Shown in pieces: positions 1 through 8,044 of a DNA stretch of 32,000 nucleotides. The position numbers and the translations under genes were made by a program. A model generated the notes under the pieces. That model was not told where the DNA came from, searched no databases, and was given only the letters and a program-made list of their open reading frames with translations. Position 1 is the first letter of the stretch, and every line of letters starts with the position of its first letter. This stretch comes from an uncultured Opitutales bacterium (lineage in GTDB: Bacteria; Verrucomicrobiota; Verrucomicrobiia; Opitutales; UBA9783), in NCBI GenBank assembly GCA_934691225.1, contig CAKUSQ010000001.1, positions 180,001 through 212,000 on the forward strand. The letters run 5' to 3'.

Positions 1-326
1 TTTTTTTAAGGCAAAAATTTTGTCCCAAACAACAAATCACTAGCGGCACACCCAAACTTGCTATAAAAGTTCCTAAAGAATACGCAAGAGAAAACAATGC
101 CTCCGAAAGACCCAAGTTTTTCTTCAAATATGGATTCAACGCCGATATAAACGGAGTACGCCCTAATATCGATGGCAAAAGAAGCCACGTACTGATTATC
201 AAAAATCGAATCATGCCGATCACATTAGGTTACATTTTTCTTTTTATCGAGCGAAAACTTAAATTCTTTCCATTGATTTTCAAAATTTCTAAAAATCGTT
301 CAATTCCTTCCGATTTCATATATCAT

Positions 327-1007
327 ATGAAAAAATCTACAATACTCATCGGATGTTTACTATCAGCCATTTGCTTAACCAAAGCAGATACACCCATCAA
401 CCTGTTTCTTCTATCAAGACACAATGTAAAAGTTTCAACGTTGCAAGAGTTTGTGTACAAGTCACCTGAAACTTTCAAACATGCCCGCACCTTTCTTAAC
501 AGTTTACCTACAAACACTTACATAATTTCAGATTTTATAAAACTTTGGGTATCTTTAGAAAACGCTTGGCGTCAAAACCTCTCTTTGGAAAACTACTGTA
601 CTCAGCATCACTTAAAATTTTCCTCCGAATGGGAAACATTCACAACCAAAATGTTACTTAATGCACATCCAAAAACATCCACTGATATGTTCATGTTTGA
701 CGAAGAACTTGAAGATGCATCTGAAATCTGGACTCAACCGTTGCGAGCTCCCTACTTATTCCTCTGTGGAACCACATTTGCTTATTTGCCTAGCAACTTC
801 TACCTCAATGAATCATACGGACAACGCTGCTTATGGGAATTATTAGATTGCATCTATTGTAGCTTAAAATTTGGACTGAACATCAAATGTGTGTTTGATA
901 TATTCAATTTGCGTGCAGAAAAGATTAATGACCTCAACTACACAGATTACGAAATACACTTACTCGCACTTCACAAAAATGCTTCTAAAACCATAAACAG
1001 GTTATAA
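327..1007 (+). CDS. hypothetical secreted protein (226 aa), no recognised family
   Basis: Part of ORF 213..1007. The internal ATG at 327 gives MKKSTILIGCLLSAICLTKA, a signal-peptide-like N-terminus. The 38 codons upstream look non-coding (poly-T/AT-rich). No conserved motif recognised. Confidence 0.5.
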   Translation: MKKSTILIGCLLSAICLTKADTPINLFLLSRHNVKVSTLQEFVYKSPETFKHARTFLNSLPTNTYIISDFIKLWVSLENAWRQNLSLENYCTQHHLKFSSEWETFTTKMLLNAHPKTSTDMFMFDEELEDASEIWTQPLRAPYLFLCGTTFAYLPSNFYLNESYGQRCLWELLDCIYCSLKFGLNIKCVFDIFNLRAEKINDLNYTDYEIHLLALHKNASKTINRL

Positions 1008-1013
1008 AACGTT

Positions 1014-1382
1014 TTACTTAGCTAAAGAGAAACGTTTTTCGCGCACCTGACTTGCAGCTTTACCGATACGCTTACGTAAATAATACATTTTGGCAGAACG
1101 CAAAACAACACTTTCCTTGGTAACTTCTATTTTTACAATATTAGGAGAATTCAAAGGGAAAACGCGTTCTACACCAAAACCTGAAACGACACGACGGACC
1201 GTAAAATTTTCTGCAATACCAGATCCTTTTTTTGCAATCACGATTCCCGTAAAAACTTGAATACGTTCTTTTCCATTTTCATTGATGCGGATCGAAACGG
1301 AAATTTCATCCCCAACTTTAAAAGCAACGTGATTATTTTTCACTTGATCTGCAGTAACTTCTCTAAGAATAGCTTGGCTCAT
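1014..1382 (-). CDS. rplS: 50S ribosomal protein L19
   Basis: 122 aa. Typical bL19 sequence (FKVGDEISVSIRI.E..KERIQVFTGIVIAKKG.G..ENFTVRR...G.GVERVFPL.SP) and position downstream of trmD. Confidence 0.95.
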   Translation of the reverse strand: MSQAILREVTADQVKNNHVAFKVGDEISVSIRINENGKERIQVFTGIVIAKKGSGIAENFTVRRVVSGFGVERVFPLNSPNIVKIEVTKESVVLRSAKMYYLRKRIGKAASQVREKRFSLAK

Positions 1383-1389
1383 TTTTTTA

Positions 1390-2061
1390 CTAATTAAAGA
1401 TTAAATCTGGACGACGCCGTATGGTTCGCAACATTTGCTGCTCCAAACGCCAACTAGCGATTGCCTCATGATCACCTGACAACAAAACGCTAGGTACTTC
1501 ATCTCCATTAAAATTAAAAGGTCGTGTATACTGTGGAAAAGATAACAAACCATTACTAAAACAATCCTGCTCCAACGATTGCTCCGCACCCAAAACTCCC
1601 GGGATATAACGAACAACCGCATCAATTAATACAGCCGCAGGCAATGTTCCATTGGTCAACACATAATCTCCTATCGAAACTTCCTCATCCACATAAGAAG
1701 TTCGAAAGCGCTCATCTACACTTTCATAATGTCCAGATATCAACAACAAATGCTTGCGCTTAGAAAAAGCACGTACACGTTGATTTGATAACAGCGGCCC
1801 ATCTGGACACAGATAAACAACATATGTATCTTCGCGCCTCAAATCACTCACTGCATGCATCAGAGGGTCTGGTTTTAAAACCATCCCAGCACCACCACCA
1901 AAAGGACGATCATCGACCGTATGATGAACATCTTTTGCCCAATCGCGCAAATTGTGCACACGAAGATCCACAAGATGTTCGCGCATAGCTCGACCTATAA
2001 TGCTTTCAGATACAAATCCATCCAGCATTTTAGGGAACAGCGTTATAACATCTATTTGCAT
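1390..2061 (-). CDS. trmD: tRNA (guanine37-N1)-methyltransferase
   Basis: 223 aa. MQIDVITLFP.M starts the protein, followed by DDRPFGGGAGMVLKP and LLISGHYESVDER, which are TrmD SPOUT motifs. Lies between rpsP and rplS. Confidence 0.93.
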   Translation of the reverse strand: MQIDVITLFPKMLDGFVSESIIGRAMREHLVDLRVHNLRDWAKDVHHTVDDRPFGGGAGMVLKPDPLMHAVSDLRREDTYVVYLCPDGPLLSNQRVRAFSKRKHLLLISGHYESVDERFRTSYVDEEVSIGDYVLTNGTLPAAVLIDAVVRYIPGVLGAEQSLEQDCFSNGLLSFPQYTRPFNFNGDEVPSVLLSGDHEAIASWRLEQQMLRTIRRRPDLIFN

Positions 2062-2070
2062 TGAAAAACA

Positions 2071-2319
2071 CTAAGCTTTACGTGATAATTTCAATAAATG
2101 ACGCGCGGTATCTGTTAACTGAGCTCCTTTAGAAACCCAATAATCCGTTCTTTCAACATCCAGTTTTACCTTTTCTGTATTCCCTCTAGCAATAGGATTA
2201 TAAAAACCTAAAACTTCAACCGAACGACCATCACGACGAGCAGATGCTTCCGCAACAACCACACGATAAGTAGGATTGTGCTTTGCTCCGTAGCGCTGTA
2301 AACGTATTTTTAATGCCAT
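2071..2319 (-). CDS. rpsP: 30S ribosomal protein S16
   Basis: 82 aa. MALKIRLQRYGAKHNPTYRVVVAEASARRDGRSVEVLGFYNP is canonical bS16. Confidence 0.95.
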   Translation of the reverse strand: MALKIRLQRYGAKHNPTYRVVVAEASARRDGRSVEVLGFYNPIARGNTEKVKLDVERTDYWVSKGAQLTDTARHLLKLSRKA

Positions 2320-2384
2320 ATTTTTAAAATCTACAATAAAGTTTCTACTAATAAACTATTTAATGAAGCAACAATTTTTCAAAC

Positions 2385-2414
2385 TTGTCAAGCGACTTTT
2401 AAAAACTTTATCAT
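2385..2414 (+). promoter_or_regulatory. candidate sigma70-type promoter for the bS22-like/TVP38/xseA transcription unit
   Basis: TTGTCA at 2385-2390, an 18-nt spacer, then TATCAT at 2409-2414, about 100 nt upstream of the ATG at 2517. Found by eye in AT-rich DNA, so the false-positive risk is high. Confidence 0.2.
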
Positions 2415-2516
2415 GATCGCCACATTCTTACGTAAATTCATTACAAAAATAAATTTTTTCACATTAAGCTTTACTTTTATAAAAAAATACAGTTACTTTA
2501 AAGTAAAGAATTTATT

Positions 2517-2618
2517 ATGGGAAATCTCAAAAAGAAGCGTATTTTAAAAATGAACAAGCACAAACGCCGCAAGCGGTCCAAATCGACACGTCATCGTAAA
2601 CGGACTTGGTCATTGTAA
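2517..2618 (+). CDS. 33-aa highly basic peptide, ribosomal protein bS22-like (AURKAIP1/COX24-like)
   Basis: Not in the ORF track because it is under 60 aa. ATG 2517 to TAA 2616-2618 encodes [33 protein letters not shown]. It has the same length and pattern (MGxxxKKRxxxMxKxKxRK....TR...R) as mycobacterial bS22 as I recall it. It ends 9 nt before the next gene. Confidence 0.65.
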   Translation: MGNLKKKRILKMNKHKRRKRSKSTRHRKRTWSL

Positions 2619-2627
2619 TATCTTTAT

Positions 2628-3338
2628 ATGAAGAAGGCTTATTGTAACAAACAGGTCTGTAGTGGCTTTGTAGGAACGATAAGTCTTTGGTTGTTAGTGA
2701 TATTTTTGCAAGTTTTTTTGTTCATCTATTTGAGTCGTCAAATGGATGTTTTTGTTGTTTTACAAAAAAATTGCAGCCTTATTTTTGGTTTTTTAGAAAA
2801 TCATCTGTGGGGAATTATTTTTGCATTACTGCTAGCACCTAGTTTTGGTGTACCAACCTCGCTGTTGTGGATTTTATCAGGAGCACTTTGGGGCATAAAA
2901 ACAGGAATGTTTATTTGTTTTATATGTTTAGGTATTAATCTCGTTTTTTCTTATTTTTTTTACAAAAACTGCGTTAATAAATTCCTATCTCGCTGTTTTT
3001 TCAAAGACAAATTTCCTTCCCTTTCCTGCAATACAAGCAATACAAATGCTTCGAGATTAGTCAGTATCAAGTGGGTATTTCTTCTTCAATTAATCCCTCA
3101 CATGCCCTATATCGCACAATGTTACATTCTAGCTACATTAAAAGAGGTTAATTTTTGGCATTATTTAAGCATCAGCTGGTTTGCACAATCCTTATGGGCT
3201 TTTGGTTTTATTTGTTTAGGGTATACTTTAAAAGCAGGACAATGGGGAATCACACTTTTTGCTATCATTTTTATGGCTATTTACCTAACACGCAAAGGTT
3301 ATCATTACTTCAAAAAATTGGATAAAAAACAATGCTAA
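2628..3338 (+). CDS. integral membrane protein, TVP38/TMEM64 (DedA-related, SNARE-associated) family-like
   Basis: 236 aa with about 5-6 hydrophobic helices. The core LLWILSGALWGIKTGMFICF...NLVFSYFFYKN resembles the family signature. Recognised by eye only. Confidence 0.5.
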   Translation: MKKAYCNKQVCSGFVGTISLWLLVIFLQVFLFIYLSRQMDVFVVLQKNCSLIFGFLENHLWGIIFALLLAPSFGVPTSLLWILSGALWGIKTGMFICFICLGINLVFSYFFYKNCVNKFLSRCFFKDKFPSLSCNTSNTNASRLVSIKWVFLLQLIPHMPYIAQCYILATLKEVNFWHYLSISWFAQSLWAFGFICLGYTLKAGQWGITLFAIIFMAIYLTRKGYHYFKKLDKKQC

Positions 3339-4660
3339 CACCTTTAATTAAAGGATTGTTAAGCGTTCAAGAGTTGTCCGTATGTTTAAAACAACTCATT
3401 AAAGATTCTTTCCCATTTGTGGCAGTTTATGGTGAAATTTCTAACCTGAAACATTCTAACCACATCACCTATTTTACCCTCAAAGATAAAGCGAGCCAAA
3501 TATCGGTCGTCGTCTTTCAATCAACAACATTGCAACCACTTTCAGAAGGACAATCTATTATTGTTGAAGGACGTCTCGATTTATACATCGCTACAGGTCG
3601 TTATCAAATTATTGCAAAAAACATTAAAAAAATTGGCCTCGGTCTTTTGCAACAGCGTTTCGAAGCGCTAAAGCTTCAGCTTAAAAACGAAGGGTTATTT
3701 GACCACGAAAACAAACATTCTATTCCTACGGCACCTAAAAATATAGGATTAATCACAGCAAAAGACTCTGCTGCATTTCACGATTTCATAAGCATTTTGA
3801 AAAGGAATCAATGGGCAGGTACCATCACTCTAAATACGGCTCTTGTACAAGGAAATGCAGCTGCTTCATCCATTATAAAAGCCTTCCGCAAGCTTCACCG
3901 TATTAAAGATGTAGATATTATTGTTATTATTCGCGGTGGTGGAAGTTTTGAAGATCTTAATTGTTTTAACGATGAAACTTTAATCCGAACATTAGCCGAA
4001 CGAACAAAACCATTAATAACGGGCATTGGACACGAAATTGATACAACATTATGTGACTTCGTCGCAGATTATCGTGCAGAAACGCCAACAGCTGCCGCTA
4101 AATTTATTTCTGATAATTACCAAATTTCATTAAAAAATCTACGCGAATATCACTTTCAAATAATTCAAAAATGCTACTCACACTTTAAAGATAAACAGTA
4201 CCATTTTCATTTTCTTCGAACACAGTTATCACATTTTTCACCTCATGCAAAATACCTACAAACATTCACTGAATTTACGCATACGCATCAACACTTACTA
4301 AAAAATTACAAACAACAGATCCATACAAAAAGCAACGCTTATTTTGGCATAAAATATCGATTCGCTAACCTTCCGATTACCTTTGCATTGCGACACAAAC
4401 AAACGCTTTTAAATCACTTACAAAAACGTTTACTGTCTCTATTTAAGCAACAATTTACTCTATATTTAAAACAAAGCTGCCAATTGGCGCAACGTTTAGA
4501 ATCACTTTCTATGGAGCGCCAACTACAACGTGGACTTCTCATACCGCTAGATCACACGGAAAAAAAACCTCTCAATTTTTCCACATTGCAACCCAATGAA
4601 CAATTATTTATTCAACACAATTCAGGGTGTTATCAAATAAAAGTTCTCAGGAAAATTTAA
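3332..4660 (+). CDS. xseA: exodeoxyribonuclease VII large subunit
   Basis: 442 aa. Has the N-terminal OB fold (LSVQELS..LK.LI...F..V.V.GEISN.K.....H.YFTLKD) and the catalytic core (IGLITA..SAA..D...IL.RN......IIRGGGS.EDL..FNDE...R). Overlaps the upstream gene by 7 nt. Confidence 0.9.
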   Translation: MLTPLIKGLLSVQELSVCLKQLIKDSFPFVAVYGEISNLKHSNHITYFTLKDKASQISVVVFQSTTLQPLSEGQSIIVEGRLDLYIATGRYQIIAKNIKKIGLGLLQQRFEALKLQLKNEGLFDHENKHSIPTAPKNIGLITAKDSAAFHDFISILKRNQWAGTITLNTALVQGNAAASSIIKAFRKLHRIKDVDIIVIIRGGGSFEDLNCFNDETLIRTLAERTKPLITGIGHEIDTTLCDFVADYRAETPTAAAKFISDNYQISLKNLREYHFQIIQKCYSHFKDKQYHFHFLRTQLSHFSPHAKYLQTFTEFTHTHQHLLKNYKQQIHTKSNAYFGIKYRFANLPITFALRHKQTLLNHLQKRLLSLFKQQFTLYLKQSCQLAQRLESLSMERQLQRGLLIPLDHTEKKPLNFSTLQPNEQLFIQHNSGCYQIKVLRKI

Positions 4661-4669
4661 AACTGTAAT

Positions 4670-5161
4670 CTACTTACGCTGCCCTGCTTTTTGATCTAAC
4701 GATAACAGTGAACAAGAACAATCTTTTGCTAGTTCTAAAGCCGCTATAAACGTTTGGCAATCCTCCTCTTCCTGCACCTGTTCATCAATGTACCAATGCA
4801 AAAACGTTTGCGTCGGATAATCACTTTTTTGCAAAGCTAATGCATAAGCTGCATGAATATTCTTCGTATTGGCAACTTCCAAATCGTACGCAATCTTAAA
4901 AGCTTCTAAAGGTTGATGAATCTCGTAATTTGGACATTCAAAACTTTTCAGTTGAACACAACCTTGCCTTCCTTGAATATAATCAAAAAGCTTCATTGCA
5001 TGTTCCAATTCCTCTTCATATTGTTTACGCATCCAATGAGCAAATCCTATGTAGGCAGTTTGACCTAACGCTGCTGATAATGCTAAATAAACATATGCTG
5101 ATTCAAATTCGTGACCTATTTGTTTATTTAAAACGGCTTCTATTTCTCTCTCAATTTTCAT
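4670..5161 (-). CDS. ftn: non-haem ferritin
   Basis: 163 aa. LNKQIGHEFESAYVYLALSA...EEELEHAMKLFDYI...DEQVQEE matches the ferroxidase-centre Glu/His/Tyr ligand pattern of bacterial ferritins. Confidence 0.85.
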   Translation of the reverse strand: MKIEREIEAVLNKQIGHEFESAYVYLALSAALGQTAYIGFAHWMRKQYEEELEHAMKLFDYIQGRQGCVQLKSFECPNYEIHQPLEAFKIAYDLEVANTKNIHAAYALALQKSDYPTQTFLHWYIDEQVQEEEDCQTFIAALELAKDCSCSLLSLDQKAGQRK

Positions 5162-5270
5162 AACGATTAAACTTTAATTTGTTCTTTTAAATAAATCGAC
5201 ATTTTTTTATAATTAAAAATATTACTGAATTTTTTTGACCTTCATACAGAATATGTCAAACTTGGTCTGT

Positions 5271-6470
5271 ATGATTATAAAACCAAAAGTTCGTGGATTT
5301 ATATGTATTACTGCGCACCCTGATGGTTGCGAAGCTCACATTAAAGAACAAATCGATTACGTTCTTTCTCAAGATTTACTTAAAAAAGCTCCTAAACGCG
5401 TGTTGATCTTGGGAGCATCTACGGGTTACGGCTTAGCAAGTCGTATTGTTAGCGCTATTGGAGGGCATGCAGATACATTTGGTGTATTCTTTGAACGTCC
5501 TGGAGAAAAAGAAAAACCTGCCTCCCCAGGTTGGTATAACACCGTCGCACTTGAAAAAGTAGCCCAACAACAAGGCGTGAAATTCTACTCTATGAACGGA
5601 GATGCTTTTTCTGCTGAATTTAAAAATAGTGTCGTTAAAGCTTTAAAAGAAACGCTTGGTACCATTGACTGCGTCATCTATAGTTTAGCCGCTCCACGCC
5701 GAACCGATAAAGATGGAAATGTATACAAATCCGTGCTAAAACCTGTCGGACAATCTTTTACCAGTAAAACAGTTAACACAGACAAAGCTGAGGTCTTCGA
5801 AACAACACTTGAACCCGCTACTGAAGATGATGTTTTTCAAACCGTAAAAGTCATGGGAGGTGAAGATTGGGAAGACTGGATTCAATTACTTTTGCAAGAA
5901 AATTTACTTGATCAAGGTGCTACTACCCTAGCCTACTCTTATATAGGCCCCAAAATTACATGGCCTATTTACAAAGCTGGTACCATTGGGCAAGCTAAAG
6001 CACATTTAATGCAAACCGCTGAGAAATTAAACACTTTATTGCATGAAAAAATCAATGGACGTGCACTTACCTCTGTCAACAAAGCTGTCGTTACTCAAGC
6101 AAGTTCTGCAATTCCCGTTGTCCCTCTCTACAATTCTGTCTTATTTAAAGTCATGAAATCTAAAGGGTTGCATGAAGATTGCATTCAGCAAATTTACCGC
6201 TTATTTTCAGGCCTATTTGAAAATAAAACACAATTGCAACACGAAGGCCATACGTGTATTCGTTTAGATGATCGTGAGTTGCTGCCGGAAGTGCAAGAAG
6301 AAGTTTTTAAAATTTGGGAACAAATTAATACAGAAAACCTAAGAGAATTGAGCGACTTCGAAGGTTATCAAAAGAATTTTTTACAACTATTCGGCTTTGA
6401 ATGCAACGGTATCGATTACGATAAAGATACACCAACGCAACGTCCTATACAAAATTTAATGAATGCCTAA
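5271..6470 (+). CDS. fabV: trans-2-enoyl-ACP/CoA reductase (NADH), FabV/TER family
   Basis: From ATG 5271 the protein begins MIIKPKVRGFICITAHPDGCEAHIKEQIDYV, which is the canonical FabV N-terminus. GASTGYGLASRI follows. The ORF-track start at 5235 is a TTG adding 12 unlikely residues. Confidence 0.9.
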   Translation: MIIKPKVRGFICITAHPDGCEAHIKEQIDYVLSQDLLKKAPKRVLILGASTGYGLASRIVSAIGGHADTFGVFFERPGEKEKPASPGWYNTVALEKVAQQQGVKFYSMNGDAFSAEFKNSVVKALKETLGTIDCVIYSLAAPRRTDKDGNVYKSVLKPVGQSFTSKTVNTDKAEVFETTLEPATEDDVFQTVKVMGGEDWEDWIQLLLQENLLDQGATTLAYSYIGPKITWPIYKAGTIGQAKAHLMQTAEKLNTLLHEKINGRALTSVNKAVVTQASSAIPVVPLYNSVLFKVMKSKGLHEDCIQQIYRLFSGLFENKTQLQHEGHTCIRLDDRELLPEVQEEVFKIWEQINTENLRELSDFEGYQKNFLQLFGFECNGIDYDKDTPTQRPIQNLMNA

Positions 6471-7278
6471 TGCTTTAAAAACATTATTTAAAAATATCCT
6501 CCATACCCAAAAGGTGCTGGGGGAACCATATTTTCCTGTGGCTGAAAATACGCTAAAGGAATTTTTTGGTAACATTTCTCTTCTTCAAGAACCCACCATT
6601 AAACATCAACAAATTCTGCAGACAACTATGTCGGATAATAAGATAGAACTTATTCAAGGGACAAAAGAAGAACAATGGGCATGGTTAAAACAAAAAGTGC
6701 TTACGTGCCCTCACTGCCTCAAACACCTATTTCCAGGCAAAAAACTTGTATTTGGAAGCGGTAATTTAAATGCAAACATCTTTTTTTGTGGAGAAGCACC
6801 AGGTGCAGATGAAGAAGAACAAGGCGAAGTTTTTGTTGGTAGAGCGGGACAATTATTAACAAAAATAATCAATGCCATGGGGTTAAAACGTTCTGATGTA
6901 TACATTGGCAATATCATGAATTGGCGCCCAGAAACTCCCAATCATGTTGGGAATCGCCCCCCAACACAAGAAGAAATGCAATTCTGTTTACCCTATTTAA
7001 AAGGTCAGTTAGATATCGTAAAACCTAAAGTGATTGTTGCTTTAGGTGCCACTGCTGTCAATGGACTCCTCGGGCACGATGCTCAACGAAAAATGCGCGA
7101 TTGCAGAGGAAAATGGTTTGAATTTAATCAAACACCTCTTATGATTACCTACCATCCCTCTTATTTACTTAGAAATTCAACGCTAGAAGCCAAACGAACC
7201 GTTTGGGAAGATATGTTGGAAGTGATGCGATACTTAAATATGCCTATTACGGAAAAACAAAACCATTATTTTCTTTAA
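6463..7278 (+). CDS. uracil-DNA glycosylase, family 4
   Basis: Family-4 UDG motifs: CPHC...FGSGN.NA.IFFCGEAPGADEEEQGEVFVGRAGQLL...YIGNIMNWRP...NR.P...E...C.PYL....I..P...ALG..A...TYHPSYLLRN. The ATG at 6463 overlaps the fabV stop by 8 nt. An alternative start at 6628 (MSDNK...) would give a more typical 216-aa protein. Confidence 0.85.
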   Translation: MPNALKTLFKNILHTQKVLGEPYFPVAENTLKEFFGNISLLQEPTIKHQQILQTTMSDNKIELIQGTKEEQWAWLKQKVLTCPHCLKHLFPGKKLVFGSGNLNANIFFCGEAPGADEEEQGEVFVGRAGQLLTKIINAMGLKRSDVYIGNIMNWRPETPNHVGNRPPTQEEMQFCLPYLKGQLDIVKPKVIVALGATAVNGLLGHDAQRKMRDCRGKWFEFNQTPLMITYHPSYLLRNSTLEAKRTVWEDMLEVMRYLNMPITEKQNHYFL

Positions 7279-7342
7279 AATAAAGCTCGAAAAATTGTAA
7301 ACAACCTGTCTAAAATAATCAATAGAGCTTGAATTTTAATTT

Positions 7343-8044
7343 ATGGATCAGGAATCATTAGATAACTTTTTGCAAAAATTTGATACAGACAGGCAGATGA
7401 CGCATCAAATGCCTAAAAAAATTATTTGGTTAAGTGGAGCTCCTGGCGCAGGCAAAGGAACCAATGAACGCTACATCATTGAAGAAGGTCATTTGTACCC
7501 CAAACCCCTTGTTGCCAGCAGTTTACTTAACAGCCCTGAAATGCGAGAAAAAATCAATCGCGGATTGTTATTAGATGATGCAACTGTTATTTCCTCTGTA
7601 TTTAGTGAACTTCAAGATCCAATATACCAAGAAGGCGTTTTAGTAGACGGTTTTCCTCGAACTCAAGGACAGGCTTATAGCATTTACTGGCTGCATCAAA
7701 CCATGAAAAAACAAGGATTGGATCCACAATTTTCTATTATGGTGCTAACGCTAGATGAAGAAGAAAGTATTCGTCGTCAATTGTATCGCGGTCAAAGAGC
7801 ACAAGAATACAATGCGCGCATCAAAAAGACTGGACAAGGTATTTTAAAAGAAGTTCGTCCAACTGACTTAAATCCTGATGTTGCACGTCAACGTTACCAA
7901 ATTTTTATGGACGAAACATACAAAGCTTTGCTAACACTTAAAGAGAAACTACCCTTTATAGCCATCGATAGCAACGGTAGTTTACGTGAAGTTAAAGAGC
8001 GCGTCTTATCGGCAATCCAACAATTACATTTTTATGAAAAATAA
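7343..8044 (+). CDS. adenylate kinase-family nucleoside monophosphate kinase, divergent
   Basis: 233 aa. Has a P-loop (IIWLSGAPGAGKGT) and VDGFPRTQGQA, the Adk DGFPRT..Q motif. The TGDxLR NMP-binding motif is replaced by ASSLLN, and there is a 25-aa N-terminal extension. Confidence 0.6.
   Translation: MDQESLDNFLQKFDTDRQMTHQMPKKIIWLSGAPGAGKGTNERYIIEEGHLYPKPLVASSLLNSPEMREKINRGLLLDDATVISSVFSELQDPIYQEGVLVDGFPRTQGQAYSIYWLHQTMKKQGLDPQFSIMVLTLDEEESIRRQLYRGQRAQEYNARIKKTGQGILKEVRPTDLNPDVARQRYQIFMDETYKALLTLKEKLPFIAIDSNGSLREVKERVLSAIQQLHFYEK

Noticed and set aside
6-188. 60-aa ORF on the minus strand at the left edge, with a GTG start.
   Set aside because: It has a non-ATG start, no Shine-Dalgarno, no recognisable motif and an in-frame stop 12 codons upstream of the GTG start. 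It cannot be excluded as a real small gene, but the sequence gives no support.
5162-5270. Fur-box-like AT-rich element (TATAATTAAAAATATTACT) between ferritin and fabV, and the TATAAT at 5208-5213.
   Set aside because: It matches only about 12 of 19 positions of the Fur consensus in DNA that is nearly all A/T, which is indistinguishable from chance. The TATAAT has no convincing -35, so it is not reported as a feature.
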